Positions 53,779-64,000 of a stretch of DNA of 64,000 bases are shown here, piece by piece (within the stretch, counting starts at the first letter, position 1; the number at the start of each line of letters is the position of its first letter). Location of the stretch: positions 68,262,001 to 68,326,000 of the forward strand of contig OX597825.1 in NCBI GenBank assembly GCA_951406725.2. The letters are read 5' to 3'. Origin of the DNA: Octopus vulgaris (Eukaryota). The notes under the pieces are model-generated. The model ran no database searches. It was not told the origin of the DNA and was given only the letters and a program-made list of their open reading frames with translations. The translations under genes and the position numbers were made by a program.

Positions 53779-54342
53779 TTTGTTCAGGTGGTTATATGTA
53801 CTTCAGTTATTTTTGTATTCAAGCACTTTACAGGAACCTTTATTAACCAAAGATAGATCAAATATCCTAAACTAATGATTTTTTGGGTTTTTGAACATTC
53901 ATATATTTGCCTTTTGTGTGTTTTATGAAAAAATACCCAAGGAATATTTTTCCATGGGTTTCATGTATGAGTATCTGCTAGAAAATCCTTCAATCTCCAC
54001 ATCTTTGTATTTAGAAATCTTCCTTCATTGCTTTGATTTCACTGTATAACCTGAAGTTTGATCTGTTTTTGACAAAATAAAAGCATGGTTGCCCTTGAAT
54101 ACAGGCTCGTCCCTTGCAACCCTCTTCAGCTGAGCATCTCTTGTCTCTCAGGCTTGTAGTTGCTGGTGCCACATGAAAAAAGTACACATGTCAGTGCTGC
54201 TTAAACGCATCTAGTACACTCCATAAAGTGGTTGTTGTTAGGAAGGACATCCTAAACAGACGGAGCCTGAACAGCCCTTCAGCTGGTCACCTCCTGTCAA
54301 ACTGTCCAACCTATGCCAGCATGGAAAATAGACGTTAAATGA

Positions 54343-54738
54343 TACTCTTTTACTTGTTTCAGTCATTTGACTGTGGCCATGCTGGAGCACCAACTTTAGT
54401 CGAGCAAGTCAACCCCAGGACTTATTCTATGGAAGCCTAGTACTTATTCTATCGGTCGCTTTTGCCGAACCGCTAAGTTACGGGGACGTAAAGACACCAG
54501 CATCGGTTGTCAAGCAATGTTGGGGGGACAAACACAGACACACAAACATATACACACACATGCACATATATATATACGGCGGGCTTCTTCCAGCTTCTGT
54601 CTACCAAATCCACTCACAAGGCTTTGGTCGGCCCGAGGCTATAGTAGAAGACACTTGCCCAAGGTGCCACGCAGTGGGACTGAACCCAGAACCATGTGGT
54701 TGGTAAGCAAGCTACTTACCACACAGCCACTCCTGCGC
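54343..54738 (-). mobile_element. SINE family A
   Basis: Full-length homology. Confidence 0.92.
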
Positions 54739-55655
54739 TGATGAGGATAATGTTTAACTTCTATCTTTCTGTCTCTGAGGATGGTTTTATGCTTACCATC
54801 TGGAACAGTCTCAGAGTATTGCAGTTGCTTCTTTTATTCGAATGGAATGTCCAGTTACTTTCTAATAGGGGTTACTAGCTGTGGTCTTGTTCATAAAGAT
54901 ATTCTAACTTTATTTTACTTTGCTTGCAGAGAATCTTTTAGATTCTGAACTATAATGATGAAGCTTTTATCATAGTCTAGTTTAACTTTCAGAAGACTGT
55001 CTAGGACAGTCATGGGACTTTCTGAATGGCATGCCCAACAAAAATTCTCTGTAATAGTGTTTTATGATGAGCTATGTCTCGTGTGGCTTCTCAGAAAATG
55101 TTGCCCATGCTTAGTCTAGTGTTTCTCTTTTCTCATTATTGCCATTACATCTTGATAAATGTTTGTAGAATTCTGGTTTCTCATTTAAGTATATTGTATT
55201 GTTTTTGATCAAGATTACTTGTGCAATCATTTAACGTTGAGTAGATTTAAGTGATGATTAATTAGGACAAGCGAATATCTTTTCAATCTGGCAAATGCAG
55301 AGTTGTGAATGAGAAATATAATTACGGTTTAATTATTCACCCGATTTTTTTATTTTGAATTTATTAGAATGGTGCCTCAAAGATAAAATAAAATGTGTAG
55401 AGTATCACAGTTGTTTGTAAAGGAAAAGAATGTCTTTGTATGATAGCAGATGAAAATGTGTTATGTGAATTGGAAAGAATTTGGCCAATAATGAAAACAA
55501 ACAATAATAGTGAAGTAGTAAAAGTAAACAAACAGTAAAGCTTTAGCTTTTTATTTAAAAAAAATTTTTTTTATTTTTTATTTTGTTAGTTGACATGTTT
55601 AATCAAATGTGATGTTGTTTAGCCAACTATATGAAGTTTGTAATATCTATTTCAG

Positions 55656-55847
55656 CGAAACCAACTTATACAACTAGTACCACTTATCAGACCCAACCCC
55701 GGCAAACAGCCACACAGAAAGCTACTCCAGTGCAAGTTACTACAACTCCTGCTACCTATGTCTACACAGCCACAACTACTCCTACCGCTGCTACAACTTA
55801 TGCAACTCCAAGTTATGCTTCGACTACAAGCTCAGGATCCTATTCTG
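55656..55847 (+). CDS. ZFR: ZFR exon C (AKPTYTTSTTYQ...SSGSYS), Thr-rich
   Basis: tttcag acceptor, gtaagt donor; 192 nt, phase 1 to 1. Confidence 0.9.
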
Positions 55848-56059
55848 GTAAGTTATAATATCATGGGTTCATTTCACAAGATATATGCAGTATTTTCAAT
55901 CACAGCTGTCCCCAAAATCTATATTGTTTTGTAAACAGAAACTATGCAAACCTAGATGGCGAAAGATTAATCTATATATACATATAGAAGGAAAGAGATC
56001 TATTTAATAAAAAAATAAAAAAACTTGATTATCAGCAAACGTATCTAAAGAAGTTGGAT

Positions 56060-56466
56060 ACTCTCTTTTACTCCTCTTTACTTGTTTCAGTCATTTGACT
56101 GTGGCCATGCTGGAGCACTGCCTTTAGTTGAGGAAATTGACCCTAGGACTTATTCTTTGTAAGCCTAGTACTTATTCTATCAGTCTCTTTTGCCAAACCG
56201 CTAAGTTACGAAGGCACAAACACACCAGCATCGGTTGTGAAGCAATGCTGGGGGGGGGGGGACAAACACTCACATACATACATATATATATATACATATA
56301 TACGACGGGCTTCTTTCAGTTTCCGTCTACCAAATCCACTCACTTGTCTTTGGTCGGCCTGAGGCTATAGTAGAAGACAATTGCCCAAGGTGCCACGCGG
56401 TGGGGCTGAACCCAGAACCATGTGGTTGATAAGCAAGCTACTTACCACACAGCCACTCCTGCGCCT
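56060..56466 (-). mobile_element. SINE family A
   Basis: Full-length homology. Confidence 0.9.
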
Positions 56467-56679
56467 ATACTTCACAGGAAGGGGGGGTGCTTTGGAATGT
56501 AACACCCACGACAGTTGGGGGATTACTGTATTTCAGTTTTCTTTTCTTGAAAACCTCTGCTTAATCATTTTATAAAAGAAAAAAAAGTTGATTTCCTTAA
56601 ATTTGAATGTTGTATGCCGAAAACTGTATCTCCATAAAATAAGGTATGACTACAGTTCATTGATGTTTGTCCTTTCCAG

Positions 56680-56876
56680 GTTATGATGCCGCTCTCTATT
56701 CAGCTGCGACATCTTACTACCAACAACAGCAGCAGCAGCAAGCTAAGACTACTACTAATTGGGCTTTCAAGAAACAAGCTACTTTTGGCCAAAAGATGCA
56801 GAAACAAAAACCTCCTCCAAAACAACCCCAACTCCATTATTGTGATGTCTGTAAAATTAGTTGTGCTGGCCCTCAG
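56680..56876 (+). CDS. ZFR: ZFR exon D (GYDAALYS...Q7...[14 protein letters not shown]), start of zinc finger 1
   Basis: cctttccag acceptor, gtaagc donor; 197 nt, phase 1 to 0; conserved ZFR motif. Confidence 0.96.
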
Positions 56877-57029
56877 GTAAGCTTATGGACTTTGTGTTTA
56901 ATTTGTTCTGTTTTTAATAACTCTTAAACATTCAAAGATACTGTCAAATGTAATGATTAGCTATCCATGTTGTTTTGAAGATTATCATGCATTATCCTGT
57001 AGCTTCAAGATTTCAGTGATGTCTTGTAT

Positions 57030-57195
57030 CTTTTATTTGCTTCAGTCATTATATTGCGACCATATTTGGGCATCGCTTTGAAGAATATTTATATCAATGA
57101 ATCAAACCCAACACTTTCTATCAGTCTCTTTTTGCCGATGTAAACACACCAACACCGATTGTCAAACAATGGTGGAGGACGAACGCAGAAACAGT

Positions 57196-57252
<57 letters not shown>

Positions 57253-57410
57253 TCACACATACTGCACGCTTCTTTCAGTTTCTGCCTACCAAATTCACAA
57301 GGCTTTGGTCGGTTTGAAGCTATAGAAGACACTTGCCCAAGGTGCCACGCTGCAGGACTGAACCCAGAACCATGTGGTTGGGAAGTGACCTTCTTACCAT
57401 ACCCGTGCCT
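57030..57410 (-). mobile_element. SINE family A, older, inserted in a family D MITE remnant
   Basis: Homology; family D sequence on both sides (~56925-57022, ~57411-57505). Confidence 0.75.
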
Positions 57411-58512
57411 GTGGTTGTTTATTTTTAGAATGACATTGAGTAGATGTAAGAGGCTGGATGTGGCTGGTTTGAACATAAAACCAGTAGAATAGATATGGGT
57501 TAGATATCATCAGCGTTTAACATCTGCCTTCCATGCTGACATGGGTTGGACAGTTTGACAGGAGCCAGCCAGGTAGAAGCCTGCACCATACTTCTGTGTC
57601 TGTTTTGGCATGGTTTTTATGGCTGGGTACTCTTCTTAAACCAACCACCCTGCAGAGTGGACTGAGTGCTTTTTATATGGCACCAGCACAGGTGAGGTCA
57701 GTTTTGGCATGTTTTTTTTTTTACTGCTGGATGCCCTTCCAAATGCCAACCACTTCAGTGTGGACTGAATGCTTTTTACATGCTATCGGCACTGGCAGGG
57801 TCACCAAGTAACTTGCTAGACAAGAAATTTTGAGAGAGGGAGCATTGGAGGAGGTGATCTTGTGTCAGATGATGAAAGGTTATAGTGAGACAGAGAGGCA
57901 GAAATAGGTGTCTTGCTGTAGAGGAGGGACATGGTTAGCCTGCCAGTGAAAGAGAGAGGTAACAAGAAAGAGAACCGAAACAGGTGTGCTGGTGTAAAGG
58001 AGATACTTAGTTACCTAGCCAGAGGGGAAGAGAAAGAGAGTGAGTGATCAAGAATGAGGGCAGAAAATGCTAAACGGTTAATGGTTCTTTTTCAAGCCAT
58101 TAACAAACTATTTTAGTAATTAATTCTAAAGTGCAAGGTTCATAAAACAGGAATTCTTTAATTCATACAGGGTTTTGGTGCATTACAATTGTTAATTGTC
58201 TTTAAGTAACATTTTTAGTTAAATGTTTATTAGGGATAAAAGGGAGGTTGGTTTATGGAAAATCTCAGAACCTTGCAATCTTCCTTCCGCTCAAGTATGT
58301 GACTAAGGTAGTTACTTGCTGTTGGAGATTTTCTCTGTTGAAATATTGTGTAAATAAAGTTAAAATAGAAAAATTTAATTGTGAAGAATGGTTTTTTTAT
58401 TTCATTGTTGAGATACCAGTTTTTGTTCTCGACCACCCAGTTTTCTCATTAAAGAATTGTAAATAACTAGCTGCTAAACTTCACAGCTTTCAAAACTTTT
58501 AAAGCTATTTAA

Positions 58513-58948
58513 GGATCTTTTCCTTTTGAACAGCATATGTCAACACAATTTCTAGTTAACTAAACACTTTTAAACTTCGTATACTGGTAGAATGTGTTTA
58601 TAAAACATCATTTTTTTCTTGGCTTTATTGAGAAAATTCTATAGTTTGTAAGATATTTCCACTTTAAAATCGAGCATTTCAGCAATTTTGACCAATCGCT
58701 GACCTCCATTTAGGTAAACAACATTCCGTGCTGTATGAATATGTCCCTCCTTTAAGAAAAAGATTGGGTTTATTTACATTTGCAAAGAAAAAAAGATACC
58801 CTTCCCCTAACCCTAATTATAACCCTAGTATCAATAAAGCCAAGAAAAAATGATGTTTTATAAACACATTCTACCAGTATACGAAGTTTAAAAGTGTTTA
58901 GTTAACTAGAAATTGTGTTGAAAACTGCCGTTCAAAAAGAAAAGATCC
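58513..58948. mobile_element. Merlin-like MITE, fold-back variant with ~120-bp inverted arms
   Basis: GGATC..GATCC termini with 9-bp TSD GCTATTTAA (58504-58512, 58949-58957); arms ~58513-58631 and ~58830-58948. Confidence 0.88.
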
Positions 58949-59011
58949 GCTATTTAATTTAGTAACCTGAAATGAGTTTTGTTTTCCAAGTTCTGATTAG
59001 ATGGGATTTAA

Positions 59012-59221
<210 letters not shown>

Positions 59222-59290
59222 TAGCTGCACTGTCAGATTCTAAACACGTATATATGTTCTACATTTTATCCTTTTTTCTCTTCTGATCAG

Positions 59291-59558
59291 GTTTTAAAGT
59301 TGCATACAAGACTTGGGAAACCAATTCCTTCAACTGATCCGGTTGTTGTGTCTCCTGGCCAAACTAGTGTTTCTACTGGAACTACTACCACAACCACTAA
59401 ATCTCCTACTAGCCCTGTGTCGCAGACTGCTTCAGCTACTACGGGGTCTGTTTCTTCAGTTAAAACACTAAGCAAGGGCACCACAGCAACTGCTACCAAT
59501 ACTGGTCAAGCTCAGACCGTCAAAAAAGTTATGGCTACTCCAAAAATAACGTTTGTTG
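59291..59558 (+). CDS. ZFR: ZFR exon F (VLKLHTRLGKPIPSTDP...TPKITFV)
   Basis: Follows an 87-nt intron; gtgagt donor; 268 nt, phase 0 to 1. Confidence 0.94.
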
Positions 59559-59959
59559 GTGAGTAAACTATTCTTAGTGATTTTGTATGGTTTTTTTTTC
59601 TTTTTCTTACAGAAATTCAAATGTTATTGATCTGACCATATTTCCTGCAAATTTTGTATTATGCTAAGTTCATTGAGTGTTATATTCTTTAGAGTCATTA
59701 AAGTAAGGAATGTGGGTAATGGTATGATTACTGATTAATTTGATTTGGTTAATTAGCAATCTTTTGTTATGATACTCTCAAAAGTGTCTCTTGGATAAGC
59801 ATGTAGAGTGGTGGCTCTCATATTTACTGCATTTAAACTCTCCATAGTACTCCTATAAGATCCAGTGTGCAGTTTTTTGGAAGTTCATATACTCCATAAA
59901 TTAGGTGCAAGTTCCATAGGAAATTGCATCATTACTAGTAGCTTTTAACCTTTTAGCAT

Positions 59960-60705
59960 TCCCATTCCTTTGAGATATTTTGCTATAGAGCCATTACTGC
60001 AGAAATTGGAGGCATTGAAGGGATTCCCATGTGAACTAAGACATAGAACTATGTCAGTATACACAGACAATACCCCCACCATAGTATCACACATCAAGCA
60101 CATAGACCTGGTCGGCAGTGCTTAAAAAGAGTATGCGATGGTGACAGGAGCAAAGATGAACCAAGAAAAGTCTGTGGGCCATCAGGGGTGGGGGTGGGGG
60201 CTATGGATAGTTTCTAGAAATTCTTGGCCTAGCAATGCTGGGTGGTGGGGCATTGCCAGTTAGAGATAAATCCTACAAGACAGTCACTTTCTTTTTGGGG
60301 AAAACCCTCATCAGCTTTTTCGAGTTTCACTTGAAAAGGTAAGCGAGGGAAGTGTTGCCTCTCAGCTCTTTTGCTAAAAGGTGGGTGAATGTTGCAAGAA
60401 TGGTCCAGGTTAAGGAAGTGCCTGTAGGTTGAAAGAGGACGATGTGGAGAGGGTACTTGCCCTAGGGGTCAGAGCAGCTGTGGTTTTGTGGAGTTGGCGT
60501 GATCAGCACTAGGAAGTCTCCTTTTTGCAGGGAATTCATCGTCGTTTAACGTCCGTTCTCCATGCTAGCATGGGTTGGACTATTTATTATTTATAATTTT
60601 ATGTTACTGTCTTTTACTTTTTATGTAACCCCTTATTGTATTGTCTTGTACAATCAATCCTCAATGTTTTTTATAAACCCTAGTGGTTAATAAAGAAAAC
60701 ATTAT
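59960..60705 (+). mobile_element. Decayed L1/Tx1-clade LINE fragment
   Basis: AIEPLLQKL, VSVYTDN (degenerate YADD) and GAKMNQEKSVG motifs; 3' end with aataaa. Confidence 0.6.
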
Positions 60706-60707
60706 TG

Positions 60708-60936
60708 TTAACCCTTTTGATACCAACCCGGCTGAAACCGGCTCTGGCTCTGTGGTACAAATGTCTTGTTTTCAAAAGTTCTGAATTAAAATCTTCCACC
60801 AAGCCTTAGTCACAATTTATGTTCCTAACACTTGCTTAATGATAACTAAGTTATTTTGCTAAATTCTTTGTTATATTTAAAGTAATGGAAAGAAACAGAG
60901 AGCATCTCAAAATAAATACAGTAACAAAAGGGTTAA
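60708..60936. mobile_element. piggyBac-like MITE family E
   Basis: TTAA|CCCTTTTG...CAAAAGGG|TTAA; reverse homolog of 52335-52563; older copies at ~31786-32008, 21110-21288 and 35430-35616. Confidence 0.8.
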
Positions 60937-61187
60937 GGTGGGGCGCTGGCAGAATCGTTAGCATGTCAAGCAGAATGCATAGTGGCATTTTGTCTGTCTA
61001 CATTATATTTTCAAATTCTACCGGTGTTGACTTTCCTTTCATCCTGTCAGGATCAATAAAATAAGTACCAGTTGAACACTGAGGTTGATGATTTGAAACC
61101 ATTGCTATTATTCGGACCTAGTGCCTATAATAGAAAGAATTATTATTATTTCTCTTTTTCTTATTTCTTTCTTTCTGTGTATTTTAG

Positions 61188-61286
61188 GCGGTGCCCAACT
61201 TAAGACAACAGGGGCTAAAGCAGATGAACTGAAAGATGTGAAATTAGAAGTGAAAGCAGAGTCTAGTGCAACAACTGAGACTGAAC
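61188..61286 (+). CDS. ZFR: ZFR exon G (GGAQLKTTGAKADELK...TETE)
   Basis: Polypyrimidine tract with ttttag acceptor, gtaagt donor; 99 nt, phase 1 to 1; cf. vertebrate GGNKLQSTG. Confidence 0.9.
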
Positions 61287-61402
61287 GTAAGTGGTATTTC
61301 AGGCTTGCTTCTAAATCCTTAATCACTGCAACAACTTTGAAATTTATGCTGAAATATATTCATTCATTTATTTATTTATTTATTTATTGTTTTGTCGTTT
61401 AG

Positions 61403-61465
61403 CAACTAAGACTGATATGGAAGAGAAGTTGAATCTTCTTGGTGAGAAAGATTTTATGCCTGTTG
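61403..61465 (+). CDS. ZFR: ZFR exon H (PTKTDMEEKLNLLGEKDFMPV)
   Basis: tttag acceptor, gtaagt donor; 63 nt, phase 1 to 1; joins to give the conserved PVGHEY. Confidence 0.88.
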
Positions 61466-61480
61466 GTAAGTGCCTTTTTA

Positions 61481-61863
61481 TTTACTCTTTTACTCTTTTA
61501 CTTGTTTCAGTCATTTGACTGCGGCCATGCTGGAGCACCACCTTTAATCGAGCAACTCGACCCCGGGACTTATTCTTTTGTAAGCCCAGTACTTATTCTG
61601 TCGGTCTCCTTTGCCGAACCGCTAAGTGACGGGGACGTAAACACACCAGCATCGGTTGTTAAGCAATGCTAGGGGGACAAATGCACACACACATATATAT
61701 ATATATACGACAGGCTTCTTTCAGTTTCCGTCTACCAAATCCACTCACAAGGCATTGGTCGGCCCGGGGCTATAGCAGAAGACACTTGCCCAAGATGCCA
61801 CGCAGTGGGACTGAACCCGGAACCATGTGGTTGGTTAGCAAGCTACTTACCACACAGCCACTC
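61481..61863 (-). mobile_element. SINE family A, young subfamily
   Basis: Full length; starts ~16 nt downstream of the exon H donor. Confidence 0.92.
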
Positions 61864-61973
61864 TTATTTATTTATTTATTTAGTTGCTAAATAGCTGGAA
61901 TGATTTTCTAATATCTTTGAATTCCAAAGAAACTGAAATATCCACTCAACATACCATGTTTAGAATAAAATGG

Positions 61974-62320
61974 TAGGCACAGGCAAGGTTGTGTGGTGAG
62001 GAGTTTACTTCCCAACCGTATGGTCTCAGGTTCAGTCCCACTACATGGCAGCTTGGGTGTCTTTTACTATAGCCCCCTAGCTGGTCAAAGCCTTGTGAGT
62101 GGATTTAGTAGATGGAAACTGAAAGAAGCCCATCATGCAAACAGTGTCCTTCATTTCCAATCTTCCATGAAAACATGCCTGGTCATTGGGAATATCATCT
62201 CGCTTAGAAACAGGTGATGGTTGGCAACAGGAGGAGCATCCAGCTGCAGAAAATTCACCTCAACAAATTCTGAATGCAAGAATGGTGACAGACGTGGATG
62301 TTAAATGATGGTGATGAGGA
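61974..62320 (+). mobile_element. SINE with family A head and family C-like 3' end
   Basis: ggcacagg..gtgtggt..ggttcagtccc..gccttgtgagtggattt..gaaagaagccc, then ttggcaacaggaggagcatccagc..(gat)n. Confidence 0.7.
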
Positions 62321-62609
62321 TGTAGATCATTTCTGTGGCCAATAAAAGATCTCCTAAAAGTATCTTTCAGCTGCCTTTATTATTTCAATGTCATTGTTTT
62401 TACATCTGCATTATCCATATTTGTTGGATGAGATTTATTAAGGCTGCATTCTACAGCCACATACTATTCTCGTTGCAAGTTAGTGAGTTGAGTCCACTTC
62501 TGGCATTTCATTGGCCTGTGGAGAACACACAATATACTACCTGTAAAGGTGCCAAAGCATTAAAATAATTAACCATTAGAGACTAAGTATCTTAGAAATG
62601 TATCTCATC

Positions 62610-62966
62610 AAAGGCGACGAGCTGGCAGAAACGTTAGCATGCCGGGCGAAATACTTAGTGGTATTTCGCCTGTCGTTACGTTCTGAGTTCAAATTCCACC
62701 GTGGGTCGACTTTGCCTTTTCATCCATTCAGGGTCAATAAATTAAGTACCAGTTATGCACTGGGGTCGATGTAATCGACTTGATCCATTTGTCTGTCCTA
62801 GCATTATGTTCCGAGTTCAAATTCCACCGAGGTCGACTTTACCTTTCATCCTTTCAGGGTAAATAAATTAAGTACCAGTTATGCACTGGGGTCGATGTAA
62901 TCGACTTAATCCCTTTGTCCTTGTTTGTCCCCTCTGTGTTTAGCCCCTTGTGGGCAAAAAGGAAAT
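62610..62966 (+). mobile_element. SINE family B, young, internal duplication, 13-bp TSD
   Basis: TSD AATGTATCTCATC at 62597-62609 and 62967-62979. Confidence 0.9.
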
Positions 62967-63617
62967 AATGTATCTCATCTTTCAACCCTCTGAAAGCACT
63001 GTAATTTCCTAATAGGCTATCTCATTAAGATGAATTAAATTTCAGTTTATTAATTAGATATTTGCATAAATGTCTTTACAAACAGCAACAGTTCAATATC
63101 TAAATAGGAGTAATAACTATTTCCCAGGTAGGTTGAATGAAGCATGCACATTCTCATACCCAAGATCACAGTCTAATCTAACTTAGTTATTGTACAGTCT
63201 TCTGGCTTGCCACTTTGACAGGAGTTGGGGGGCCAAGAGACTGCATCAAGCTCTACTGTCAACTTTGGCATTGCTTCTACGACTGGATGCCCTTCTTAAT
63301 CCCCAACCACTTTACAGAGTGTACCATGCCAAAGTAGATAGCTGAACCTGGCACAGTCCTCTGGTTCACCAGCTCCAGTCAAAATGTCCAACTCATGCCA
63401 GCATAGAAAACACACATCAAATGATGGTGATGGTAACATTTCTGTTTATTTACCCCTTTAGTAAATGTAATGTTTATCATGCATTATCTTGTAGTTTTGA
63501 GATTTTGATGAAGTAATTGTTTACTTTTAGAATGACATTGTAGGGTAGGTGTGAGAAGCCAGATATGGCCAGTTTCAATACTAAAGGGTTAATAATCTCT
63601 TTTAACTGTGTTTCTAA

Positions 63618-63785
<168 letters not shown>

Positions 63786-63931
63786 TAGAATTACATTGAG
63801 AGAATTGTTTCCTTCAGTTGCTACCACACACACTCACACACATACAAACACTTACAGTGATGCTTGTAAATGTCTTATCAAACACTATATATATATATAT
63901 TTCTTTTTTACCTTGATTTATTTTTTTAAAG

Positions 63932-64000
63932 AAAAAAGTTGACCCCAACCTTCAAGTAGAAGTGAAACCAAGTATTCGTGCGCGAAAGATTCAAGAAGAT
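63932..64000 (+). CDS. ZFR: ZFR exon J ([23 protein letters not shown]...), truncated by window end
   Basis: ttttttaaag acceptor; peptide nearly identical to the remembered vertebrate ZFR [23 protein letters not shown]. Confidence 0.95.

Noticed and set aside
54517-54741. Recurrent short ORFs (..FRLPNPLTR.WSARGYSRRHLPK..) suggesting a gene family
   Set aside because: Antisense translation of SINE family A copies (also at 26745 and 61666).

Overview
AT-rich, repeat-dense eukaryotic genomic DNA. It is most likely from an octopus (coleoid cephalopod), inferred from the tRNA-derived and CORE-type SINE families; this was not verified by search. The only convincing gene is a + strand, multi-exon ZFR (zinc finger RNA-binding protein, Zn72D orthologue). 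Ten coding exons were traced by hand from 50272/50284 to the window end, with consistent GT-AG sites and phases. They encode the Ala/Tyr/Thr/Gln-rich N-terminus and all three C2H2 dsRNA-binding zinc fingers; the DZF domain lies beyond the window. The first 50 kb is non-coding. It holds a CpG-retaining, microsatellite-rich block at ~6-15 kb with candidate promoter and non-coding exons, many SINEs, MITEs (piggyBac-, Merlin- and hAT-like), and decayed mariner, pogo, RTE, CR1, CRE-like and L1/Tx1 fragments. Almost all ORFs in the supplied track are microsatellite or repeat artefacts. The most notable pattern is the set of fold-back (dsRNA-forming) structures in and around the exons of this dsRNA-binding ADAR regulator, plus an unexplained double hairpin at 15046-15147.
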